64,000 nucleotides of DNA from Polymyxa betae A26-41. Taxonomy: Eukaryota > Protista > Endomyxa: Phytomyxea. Shown in pieces: positions 49,941 to 61,531 of this stretch. The stretch lies in contig RBZT01000500.1 of assembly GCA_003693705.1 (NCBI GenBank), positions 1 through 64,000 of the forward strand. The letters run 5' to 3'. Position numbers and translations under genes: made by a program. The first letter of the stretch is position 1, and each line of letters begins with the position of its first letter. The notes under the pieces were generated by a model. The model did no database searches, was not told the DNA's origin, and saw nothing but the letters and a program-made list of their open reading frames with translations.

Positions 49941-52900
49941 ATGGCATCGGCTGCGAAAGCCGAAGCTGTGGTCGTTATCGACCCTGAAATTGTCCAGCAA
50001 GGCCGTAAACAACAAGACATGGCGATATTATCAGAGCAAGGGTTAAGTGCCGATTTTATCGCTGATAATCTTATCTAACTCTCCTACTCAGATTCTCCAT
50101 CGTTAAGCAGAAGACGTTTCAGATGTCTCCCAACCAGGCGAAGAGATTCTGTGGCGGTGATGAAGTCATTGCGAGTCGGTTCTCGGCTGGACCAATCTGC
50201 GCCCTGATCGTCACTCGCAGCGATGATAGATCGCCTTACGAATCCTTGCGGGAAATCAATCTCGAGACGGTCTTCTTCACCAAGACACCCTATGAAGCTC
50301 TTCGGGCCAAGGTGAACGAAGCATTCGAAATGAAAATTTTGTTTAGATTTGGGTCACTGTCTTTGTTCTCAATAAGAAGCGCTAATCTGGTCATAGATGG
50401 CGCTTTTCCCGGAGCAGAAACAGTTCGAGCGAACGTTTGCTGTCGCTACTGGAGATAAAGCACTTGCTGCGTTAGAAGAAATCATCACTCGAGAAAGCTA
50501 CATCATTGTGTGGCGTGAAGAGCGAGCTCTGTCCAGCTCCGAAGCCGCCGTATTACACGTTCAGCTTTCATTCGAGCAGAAAACGTCGCCATGGTCGAAT
50601 ACACGAATCCTATCTGGTCTGACATTCTTCTGCAGATTATTCGTCCTCGATAAAGTCGGAGCTGTTAACGACCTGCAGTTAGCTGCCGGACCGCCACCGA
50701 CGCCGATTGCAGCTTCGAGTTCCGTCGCCGACGCCCTGAAGGCTATTCGTTTGCTTTGGCCGGAAGGGTTTCCTGTCATCCGAACGCTCGGTAACGAACT
50801 CTTCACTCTTCCTGCTTGCAGCTGATTATCCTGAGTCAGGTTTAATCAAACCGGATGCAGTACGACGCGGTGATCACATCGCCATTCTACAGCTTATCAT
50901 TGAATCCGGATTCACGATCGTCGCTGAGAAGCTCCTGCAACTGACCGTCGAACGGGCGAAGGAATTCTACGAGGAACATCACGGCCGCCCCTTCTTCGAT
51001 GGCCTTGTCGAATTCATGGCGTCGGGCCCGCTGGTAGGGCTTTAAGGATTTGAGGCTCACGGATTCTCAGCAATCTGTTGCCCAGGTTGCACTGGCGCTA
51101 TCACGTCCGAATGCGGTCTCGGCCTGGCGTACAGTCCTGGGTCAGCGCGACCGACAATCGCCGGTATCCAGCGCATTGACGCCAATGTACAGGGCCCACG
51201 AACTCCAATACGGCGCGAGAACTGGCGCCGACATCGTTTCGTGCTTTGTATGGGACAGATGGGCAGAAAAACGCCTGCCATGGATCGTCGTCATCGACGG
51301 CTGCCGCACGCGAACTGGCGTTCTTCTTTCCCGAACTGCCGCCTGATAACCCCAATATCACTAAGGAGGCGATCTCGTCGTTCCTGACTGATAAGCCCGA
51401 TTTCCGCCGTCAGCATGAAGTCAGCTTGAACGAAGTACGCCATGAACGGATTGAAGTCAGTCCGATCTGATTAACAATGATGTAGATTCTGATTCGCGCT
51501 TTAACACATTTGTGTCGAACGAAACCTGTCGGTTTGAATGCGATCGCTGAGCTCGGTTACTGGTTGCGCGATAACAATCCCCGCAAACCGAAAGTTATCG
51601 CGCCCTCCCAGACCTGCGAACAGAACAAAACCGATTCCGGAACGATCCTTGACAAGTCAGAATTGCATTTCGGATCCTTGATTCTCGATTTGCTTTTGCC
51701 CTCGCCAATATTCTGATTTTGCTGGTTTTTTTCGGCTGAATAAATCTTTTTCTGTTTCAAGCTTCAATTGGGATCTGGCAATGAAGGAAAATTTTTTGCC
51801 GATCATTTGAGATGGAACACCTTTGTTTCTGTCATATCAGCGAACTGGTTGATTCGTATCCATCCAGATAATCATGCGTTTAACGAGGTTTTCTTTACTT
51901 AGGCTTCGTAGCCGATCGCTCTCCAACTATGTTCGCATCGTATTCATGCTGGGCGGCCCCGGATCCGGTAAACACACGCAATGTGATCTGATGAAGCGGC
52001 ACCTCGGTCAGCAACATACTGCTTCCCATTCTCTTTTTGCTAATTGCAGCTTAGGCTATTGTCACATTTCGACCGATGATCTGCTCCGTGCCGAGATTGA
52101 CGCCAAGACCATCAAAGGACGCGCCATAGAAGAGACGCTGCAGCAAGGCAAATTGCTCAAAGACGAGATCGTTCTCGATCTGATCTTAGAACATATGCTA
52201 CGATCCGGGGCCAGTACATTCTTGATCGACGGATTCCCGAGACGCCTCGATCAAGCATTCAAATTCGAGGAGCACATCGCGCCCTGCGATTTCGTCCTGT
52301 TCCTGGACGTCCCAGATCAGGTTAGAGAACATTCACCTGTTGACGATCGTTTCTGATCCCCGTCAGACGCTGATCGAGAGACGGGCTCGGGGCTCTTCGG
52401 CCGCTGAAGAAGAGCAGGCACGAAACCAGGCTCGGAGCCAGATTGCCTGCTTGCATCAAGAACAACTGCCTGTTGTTCATCATTACGAACAATTCGAGAA
52501 GGTTCGCAAAGTCGATGCGGCCGGCACCCCAGATCAAGTGTACGACCGCATTCGACGGATTGTTGCCGCATCCGACCCAAACGCGAAACGACCGAAAACA
52601 ACGCTGGAAAGGTACACGCTTGTTTGTTCTTTATTTGATGCGGCAATTCATTCGGCGATAGACTTGAAGCGGACGCAATGGGCAGCAAGATCACGGTGGT
52701 TTTCGTTCTGGGAGGGCCCGGATCTGGGAAAGGGACACAATGTGATTTGATGAAATCGCAATTAGGTTGGGGAATGAAGACCGAGTAACGATTTCATTGA
52801 TGCTGATCTTCGTGAAGGGTTCTTCCACATTTCTTCTGGAGATCTGCTGCGTGCGGAGATCGCGAACAAGACGCCGCTGGGCCTATCGCTCCAGGAGACG

Positions 52901-53378
52901 ATCGTCCAGGGGAAGCTGGTCGACGACAACGTGATCCTAACTATGATCGAGAACGCCATGTTGAAGTCGGGAGCGAATAAGTTTTTGATCGATGGGTTTC
53001 CGAGGCGATTGGATCAAGCGTTCAAGTTTGAAAAACGTATCGCCCGGTGTGATATTGTCCTGTATTTCCAAGCTCCCGATCAGGTAAACAACTGTTTGTC
53101 CGAGTTTCTCAGTTCAAAACAATATTTGCCTTTGAAACGTTTTAACCATTAAATAGGTGCTAATCGATCGCCTTCTCGAACGTGGCAAATCCAGTGGAAG
53201 GTCGGACGATAATATCGAGACAATTCAAAAGCGGCTGCACACGTTCCATGAAGAGTCTTTGCCCGCTGTGGAGCATTATCGACTTTTCGACCGAGTCCGA
53301 ATGGTTGATGCTGTTCGTCCCAAAGATCAAGTATTCGACGACGTCAAACGAATCATGGCTAAAGAGATATCAGTTTAG
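49941..53378 (+). CDS. Multidomain nucleotide kinase: 3 NDK-like domains, Dpy-30-like motif, 2 adenylate/UMP-CMP kinase domains
   Basis: Third NDK has RTLGLIKPDA...PFFDGLVEFMASGP...NACHGS. Dpy-30-like ILIRALTHLCRTKP..AIAELGYWLRDNNP. AK P-loops GGPGSGKHTQC and GGPGSGKGTQC, FLIDGFPR twice. Junction via an in-frame intron 51656-51902 is inferred. Confidence 0.75.
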
Positions 53379-54064
53379 TTATCGGATGCGAGTTTAGTAC
53401 AGTTGTCCAATTTTGTACGCATGCGAGCCAGAACTACAATGTGGCGATTTAGCTGAATTCATGCATAGATTGTTTAACATGTCCGTCTGAGCACGATACT
53501 GTTCTTTGTAATCCGACATTAAATTGCAGTTGTCTAAAATAACAGAAGTTAACCTATGGTGCGTCATATGGCAATATCGTATACATTTGGATCTCTGAAT
53601 CCTTTTACCTTCCTGATACTTCTAAAGGCTTTAGAAGCAAAGATGGTTTTGAGACAGTATACAGACATCGATCCAGGTATAACAGGAAAACATACTTTTG
53701 ATGGGTACGTTCGGAAAATCAAATGAGATCCGGCGTCAATCGCTGCACGCAAACAACAGCCGCGCCATGGATTGCAGCAGGCTCTCGGTTGCTGCTTATG
53801 GTTGATCGCTTGAGATTCTAGCAAATGCCATTACGACACGACTAACAACACTAGAGCTGGATCAAGAAGCGCAAAAGAAGAAATCTACCAGTGGTTAGTC
53901 AGATAGTGTGATTCGTTAGCTAACACTGCTGTGCAATTTTCCTGTCTTGCTTATCAACAAGGTTGAGGTTACAGATGCAATATTAATGTCATTATGACTT
54001 GATGATTTATTCTAATGCGTTCTGGGTAAATAATCTTAACAACGCGCTCAAACTATGCATTATA

Positions 54065-56004
54065 TTAGCATACTTCAGGGCGCCGGTCTGAATACAGAGT
54101 TAGCTTTAGACTGTTCTAAATGTAGTGAACTTACAGAAAGGTGGACGCGAAGGACATTTTTCTGCCATGTGTCCAGTTATAGGTCTTTTGTTTAAATTTT
54201 GCATGTGCATTTGATAAGAGCCTGTTAACTGGCATAAATGATTTTCCGGATCTGCATTCTAAGATAACATCTTAGTATCGGGTTATGCTATGTAGAAAGC
54301 ATTATCGTTTACCTTGCAAACGACCGGCCGATTGGCGCCCATTTTGTTCTCGTCGAATATCTTCAATCCATAAATATCAGCAATCGTAAATTCACTGCAA
54401 TTGATGCTATCAGATGATGGGCCAAATAGGCCAGCAGCTTTCCAGATGCTGCAGACAAACACACAGCAGACCATCGCTCTACCGCGTGCACGTTTACCAT
54501 CACGAGTTCGATTATATAGCATTGTGTCCTAGTAGCTTATGAGCTTCCACATATAAAAGCTGAAACTTCTGACTTCTTCCACAATGGTTGGCAATGCACC
54601 ATCTGCGACGCCTTGAGATTTAGCTTCCTGAAGAAGCTGAGGAACTGTTAGGTTATAAGTTCCCAGGCGAGCATTCCATGCTTGATGGAACATTCGATCA
54701 GCAACCGAGGGGGCGAGGCGGTGCGCCCAGTGTGCCAGCAATGATACATGATGCCAGGTCAGGCCAAGCGTGAAATCAGGGGCCAGTAATGGGTAATTTT
54801 CTGAAATCGTATCTAGCCATGACCAGAGCATATTCTCGTACCCATAGTCAAATCCCTCATTGTCAGCGAAAAATTGCCACGCAGCGTTGACATCAAACTT
54901 GCTTTTGACCTCGGCTGAGAGAGGCATCCAGACCACGTTGAAGTTAGCTTTGTCAGCCAGATCCATCCTAAGACGACACATAAAGTGACAATTTAAATGG
55001 GATTGTCAGAATACCATTTCTTGAAAGGCGTTTTCTGAATTCCATTGACAGGCCAATAGCTGGATTTGGAAGTTGATTCCAGAACGAACAATTCATTAGT
55101 ACCAGGCTCTCTTAATAGAACTACTGAATGGCCAGCATTAGCGCCCATAGCCCAGGCTAGCATTGGATCGACACCATCAAGTCGCATGATAGCCAGCGAA
55201 TCTCCAGAACCAAATTGGTTCTCATCGATATTGGTGCGACCGACAGGGCGGGGTGCGAATTTCGGAGCAAACGGCTTCGATTGTTTCAAGAAATCAATAT
55301 TTGCTTCAGCTGATTTCTTCGAAACAGAGCATTGTGTCAGTGGCTGCCGGAATAGATCAACGGTGCGCAGCAAAGAAGTAATTCGTTGCTGTGTTGAGCC
55401 AATGAACCGAAACAGACGTATGCCGTTGTTCATCAGATCCCAACGTAAGGCATTGTCACTTTCATTTGGGAGGTCAAACGTGAATGTATGCAGACCAGAA
55501 CGGAATATAACGATATGACTTAAATGATTCATAGAACCAGCAATGTAGCCATCTGAGCAGAATATGTTTTTCGGAGACCCAACTTCCATCTTTAGCTGAC
55601 TATAAGCACAGATTGAGTGTGAATATCGCATAGCCGACTGCCTCCTACATCTTATTCTTTACAACTTCAGCGGTAGCATTTAAATATTCGAAGCAGGGAT
55701 GGTTGTCTAGCCGCAAGGAGATAGGAGCTCCGGGGAAGACGGAGGCTTCATAATTAGGAACGAATCCGAAATAGCGGACAGGCTCCGGGCGCTCCGGGTC
55801 CATGTCCATCTCAAATAGTTGTTGGGCGCTGAAGAAGGACGACAGCGAAGTCGACAACGAATCAAACATGTCCTTGACCTGATCATTGATGGGGCCGTCG
55901 TGTCTTTGAATGACAGGCTTGAGCTCGCCATAGTTCAGATCACTACGATAAGACCACGAATGGGCGGAGAGGAGAATGAGAATCAAGAACGAGAATAATG
56001 TCAT
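54065..56004 (-). CDS. Secreted protein with permuted papain-like (NlpC/P60-like) amidase fold, plant/protist uncharacterised family
   Basis: Signal peptide; SGDSLAI...AGHSVV...FVLES (His region), GFDYGYENMLWSWLD, MVCCVFVCSIWKAAGLF, SEFTIADIY (Cys after His). Confidence 0.7.
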
Positions 56005-56731
56005 TGCATTAAGAGATTGAGCTTAAGGCCGCTCTCACTTGGTTGTGGGAGCCCACATGCCAAACGAACGACTTGAGCGGGCAGCGCCCGACGGATGATT
56101 TACGTTCGAGCATGTCAATGACGCAAGTTCCCCGATCCGAGCGCCTTCAGGATATTTATGAAATATGATTGGCGTCCAGTTTGAGTGGCCTATCAACGAC
56201 ATCAAATACGGTTCGCTTGAATACAGTTTTCTCTTGAGAACTGACAGCTTGATAATCGTTGATTACATGTAGAAGTTTCTGGTTTTTTTGCCAACTCTCT
56301 ATAGATACGAACACGAATGTAACATACCTATAGCATTTATAGTCTTTCGTAATAGAGCGTTCTGACTTTTTCCTAATCGTGCAGTTTCTGTAGAATGAAT
56401 TGAATGGTCTCTTGATAGCAATCAGACTTGCCAACGATGGAGATGGAATTTTGGCAAAGAATTTGCTCGCTTATAAAGATTTCGCAATAGCTCAATAGTA
56501 AACATTCCAGAGTATTCTGCGTCCGTTGCATTAATTGTCACTTAAGGGAATATTCGCGCGGTCAATTCAGACTCCAGACCACTTGTGATCGGCCAACTGA
56601 GGATTCTCGAATTTGCGATAGAACGGCGACCGTTTTTTTATGCCGATCTGCCGCTGCGATTTTCATCCACTACTTTATTTTGCAGGCTATTGGTGTGGCA
56701 GAATACTAAGGCGAGCAAGGTGGCCGATTCA

Positions 56732-59700
56732 ATGTCTGCCGAGCCAACGTGCCTTTTCGACGTTTATCTTGGCGACCCATATAGCGCTAATAATCAAGAA
56801 GGCATTATTGACTTAAGCAGTGCCGAAAACCGCCTCGTCTCAGATATCACGATCCCCGAAATTCAGCGCCACATCAGCGTTGAAGACCCATCGATTTTGA
56901 AGTCAGAATCATCCCTGTTAACAAATGGTGAAAACTGATCACCTTGTAGTTATGGGCGGTCTGGTGGATCAGCATCATTACGCAGCAGCTTTAAAAGTTT
57001 CATACAACAAGTGACCAAGGCGGATATTGAAGCGGATCGATTGACAATGGTGTCTGGTGCCGAGATTGCTGTTCAGATCCTTCTACAGGTCTTGATAAGG
57101 CTTCCTATGAGAAGTAAGCTGATTCGATGTGGCCAGGCTATCTGCAAACCAGCTGATAACGTCGCCGTTGTAATCCCATGCTATCCCGGATTTACAAAAG
57201 CGATTCATTGCTTAGGATTGAATCTGCGGGAAATCAACCTCGACCTCAGCTCTGTAATACTTTCTGGGTGACGCTGCTCATTGTCATTACTAAGATTAGC
57301 AAAGGGAACCGAAATCGTAGACATCGCTAAAGACGTTCGAGCTGTGATCATTAGCAACCCAGATGTCCCTACTGGATGCTGCTGGTCCAGGTATATATAT
57401 TGAATGACTGCGCTTATTTGAATTTCATTGACTTATAGATCGGCATTGCAAGCGCTTGTTGAGGCAACCAAAGCTCAGCGCCAGCATCTGATAATCGACG
57501 AAATTGTATTAACGGCAGTCGTTAAAGAAGGAAGCTTCAGATCTGCAGCCTTTTTTACTGATGACCATGTTCATCTCATATTTGGATTATCGAAAATTGG
57601 CATGGCTGGATTGAGAGTTGGGGCCATCTATTCAAGGCTGCCTCATGCTCTTATGACTGATTTGGCCAGAATAGCTCAAATCGGTTCCATAGAGCAACTA
57701 TTGTCAGCAAACCTCCTCAGCGATAAAGCATTCGCGACGAAGTTGCTAGAAACCAGCCGACGCCGCCTCCGGGCTGCTTATGCGGTCACAGCAGGACGTC
57801 TTGAAGCCGAACGTATCCAATATAAGCTTGGGTCGGCTGGTCTGACGGTCCTGCTGAATCTGGGCGCAGAGTCGTCCGCCCAGAAGCTCATAACCGACTC
57901 GAAAGTCTTTCTGAGAAATCTGACCGAGTTTGGGTCACGCCAACAGGGATGGTTCCGCATGGCAGTGGCTGATGACAGTCAGGTAACATTTCCTCTATCG
58001 CTGATGACCATATCTGATTCTCTTACCTATAGGTAATGGGCATTCTCTGTAAGTGATCAGGGGACCCTGTCTAATTGTCATACACAGGTTGTAGCGACTG
58101 CTATAGCCCGACTGGGCGGTCACCTGCGCCAACATTCGCCTCTCTCTCTATTGCCATCATTTAGAAATAACTTCGCCGATCTCTGGAAGCGGACGGAGCA
58201 GCTATGGGAAATTCTGCAGGCAGATGTCAAATGGACGGAATCTCGTCCAATTCAATTACGCCATCCTTTCGTTTTCTACGTTGGGCATCTGGTAGGCTTT
58301 CTTTAAACGAAGTTCTCGTAAATTCAGCTCTCTTCCAGCCTGCATTCGCCATCAATCAAGTATGTTTGGCATTAGGCGAAGATAATGTTAAGCGGATTAA
58401 TGCCCAGTATGACAGACTATTGTAAGCATAACACTTTCTATCATTTTCTGCACTCAGCATATGTAGTGAACGCGGTATCGATCCAGATGTTTTATCAGGT
58501 GAAGTCCATCCGCATAGTGCTGATATCAACCATTCGAGTTGGCCTTCTATTTCCGATATCAACAGGTTTCTATGCGACGGCTGCTTGTAGATGGCTGTCA
58601 AATGAAACTGTTTTAGTTACGCTGAATCAGTACATCAAACCATATTGCAGTCTCTGCCGATGCTGCTATCTTCTGGTCATTACAACATCGTCGAAATGGT
58701 GCTTGAGCATGAAGTAATGCACCAAGAAAGTGAGTCTGTAAATATCCACTTATCGTGTTTCTGACTTTGCCGATTAGCGCTTGTTTACATGATGGCACAG
58801 TGCGAACCTTCCCAATTACAATGCCCAGCCTCTATTCAAAAACGTCCTTCTTTCCAGAGTGTAACAACTGAACAACGGACTTGTCGTATTCCAGCAGGAA
58901 ATGCAGTTCTTGGCTGTGATGGATCTGTCAACTCTTCAAAGCGATGTAATTACCAAAATCAAGTGTCATGCTCCATCATATTTGATTCGTCACTTTCAGT
59001 TGGATGGGACAATGAATTCCCCAAGACTTCCGTCCATGTGGACGAGTTCGAAGTTATGGCTTTGCCTGTGTCGAACAATGAGTTTCTTCGATTCATTGAA
59101 GATGGGGGCTACTCGAATCCGTCCCTGTGGCTGGATCGGCATTGGGAATGGTTGCAAACACAGGCGATTACACACCCGGCTTCGTGGAAATTTGATGAGG
59201 ATAAAATGCATTGGTAATGGATTTTGATACTATCCGAGAGCTATTGATCACGATATCAACTCAGGTTCGTGAGAGCATCTTTATTTGAATATTCGCCATT
59301 AGATCAGGTGCTGGATTATCCTGTGATGGTATCTTACGCTGAAGCGTCTGCCTATTGCCGCTATGTTGATGCTCGTATCATGACCGAACCTGGTAATGGC
59401 TCGTTACCTGTGACAATCTCACTCTAATTTGTCTCAGAATACCATCGTGCTGCATACGGTGACAATCCCAATCAGCCTTACCCATGGGGATATCTTCCTC
59501 CAGCAGATGTAGGCGCCAATGTTGATTTCAACTTTTGGTCTTTGCGTCCTTCTGGACTTGGAAATACAGGTAACGGATGCGATATTGAATGTGCAACTCT
59601 TTAGTTGTTAAATGTAGAAAGCTGTTTCGGCGTGGCTGATTTAGTGGGCCAAGCTTGGGAATGGACGTCCAGCACGTTTTCGCCATTGGAACAGAACAGC

Positions 59701-61178
59701 AAATTTGTCACAATGCCCACCTATAAAGGATATTCGTCCGAATTCTTTGACGGAAAACATGTTGTTATGAAAGGCGGTTCCTGGGCTACTGATCGCAACC
59801 TTTTACGACCCTCGTTTCGCAATTGGTGGGAGATTTGATCAATTGGCAACACAGCCTGCCTAAATGTGGCTTTAGGTATCAAGACTGTTACCATTATTCG
59901 TTCGGTAAATTCCGCTTGGTCTACGATTCGAGCACATGTAGGAAAAGAACCGATGGCGAAATTGTCCGTTTAATGGAGAATATCGATCATGAAGAGCAAA
60001 GACGCCATTTCGCCTCCAGTGTTAAATCTGGTCTAAAATCGACGCCAAAATCAATCCATTCAATGCATTTCTATGATAATCGCGGCTCGGAGATGTAAGA
60101 GAAGACTCCTAGCGCGAGCTGCTGATGAAAATGAATTTCAGATATGCCAAAATCACTGAACTCGATGAGTATTATCTGACAAAAACCGAGGCTGCGATTC
60201 TGGAGAACTCTGCAAATCACATTTTAGATTTGATCCGTGCCCAGCTACTGCGACATAAGAAGCATTATCTCAACGTCGTTGAGTTCGGTGCAGGTAATCG
60301 CTATCGTCAATCATTCAGATAAAAGCCAATTGCTTGTTAGGTGATGGGAGGAAAACTATACCTTTGCTAAAGCACCTCTACGCCAACGACATAGATCTGC
60401 GTTATTTTCCAATTGACATATCTGAAGGAGCGTTGCGTTCATTACAAGCCAAGTTACGAAGCAGCAACTGCAAGTTCCAGTCCAAGTTCGTTATTGGTGA
60501 TAACATTCAGGGGTTGGAGTACCTCTCAAAAGAAGCTAACGGGCACGCTTTGACACTGGTCTTATTTCTGGGTAGCTCGATCGGCAACCACAACCGAGTT
60601 GAGACAAACCAGCTTCTGCAATCAATGCATTCGAAGTTAAAACCTGGAGATATGGCTATGATTGGATTCGATTTAGTCAAGTCGACCGATACGTTGGTGC
60701 CAGCATACGATGATATGCACGGTATGTAGAAATAATCGATATAGGATGTGCACATTTCTAATGCGAAGCATCTGACAGGCGTCACAGCAGAATTCAATTA
60801 CAATCTTATTCGGCGTCTCAATGCTGAACTGGATGCTCGGATACCATTGGATGCGTTCAGGCATTATGCAACTTACAATCCTACCAAGCAGCGAATGGAG
60901 AGCTACCTGATCGCCACAAAGCCGTTAAAAGTGTCGTTAAATGCGACAATCCGAAATGATCAAGAATCCACGATCACGTTTGAGGCCTGGGAGCCGATTC
61001 ACGTTGAGGTACCGTACGGCTATGGACATTATATTCTTTGGTGCTGATCCAAATACAGAATTCGTACAAGTACACACTGAAAGATATTGAGGCTTTAGGT
61101 GCTGAAAATGGATTTCATCTGTGCCGCCACCTCCTTGACGAGAAACAATGGTTTTCGGACACAATTTTCTTCATTTAA
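56732..61178 (+). CDS. Putative trifunctional ergothioneine synthase: ACC-synthase-like PLP domain + Egt1/EgtB sulfoxide synthase (DinB + FGE) + EgtD histidine N-methyltransferase
   Basis: PLP domain: DPY...GIIDLSSAENRL, PCYPGF, IIDEI, GLSKIGMAGLRVG, GWFR. Sulfoxide synthase: RPIQLRHPFVFYVGHLPAF, FERGIDPDV, HEVMHQE, GWDNE, AWEWT, KGGSWAT, FRNWY. EgtD: GLKSTPKSI..HFYDNRGS, EYYLT, EFGAGDGRKT, PIDIS, FLGSSIGN, AYDD.HGVTAEFN, HVENSYKY. Both junctions read through within exons. Confidence 0.85.
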
Positions 61179-61531
61179 TGATCACCAATACCAATCCATG
61201 CTTTGTTCCGTTTCTGTCGTCCTTTAATCACAACTGTTTCAAATAGAGTAAACCACGAAATTGTTGAAATAACTTGATTGGAATTCGGATGAAAATCGCG
61301 GACTAATCCGACATCCCTGAGTCCAGCGAACGCCAATGTTCATTTGTTTAGTATCTTTCCGTTTATCTTTAGTTTGTGAATTGCGATGCCGTCGACGACT
61401 GCCATGCGAAAAGGCTTCAATCTCCGGCCTGGAGAGCGCATAGGAGCCGAGATTGCCGCCTGTGATATGGGTCATGAAGTTCGTTGAAAACGGCGATTCT
61501 GCGCAGAGCGATTCATTATGTCCAACAGACG

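Noticed and set aside
58088-61178. Ovothiol synthase OvoA (same sulfoxide synthase then methyltransferase order)
   Set aside because: The C-terminal domain has EgtD motifs (PKxI..FYD.RGS, EYYLT, GSSIGN, AYDD..GVTA.FN) and the synthase has the Egt1-type FERGIDPDV, pointing to ergothioneine.
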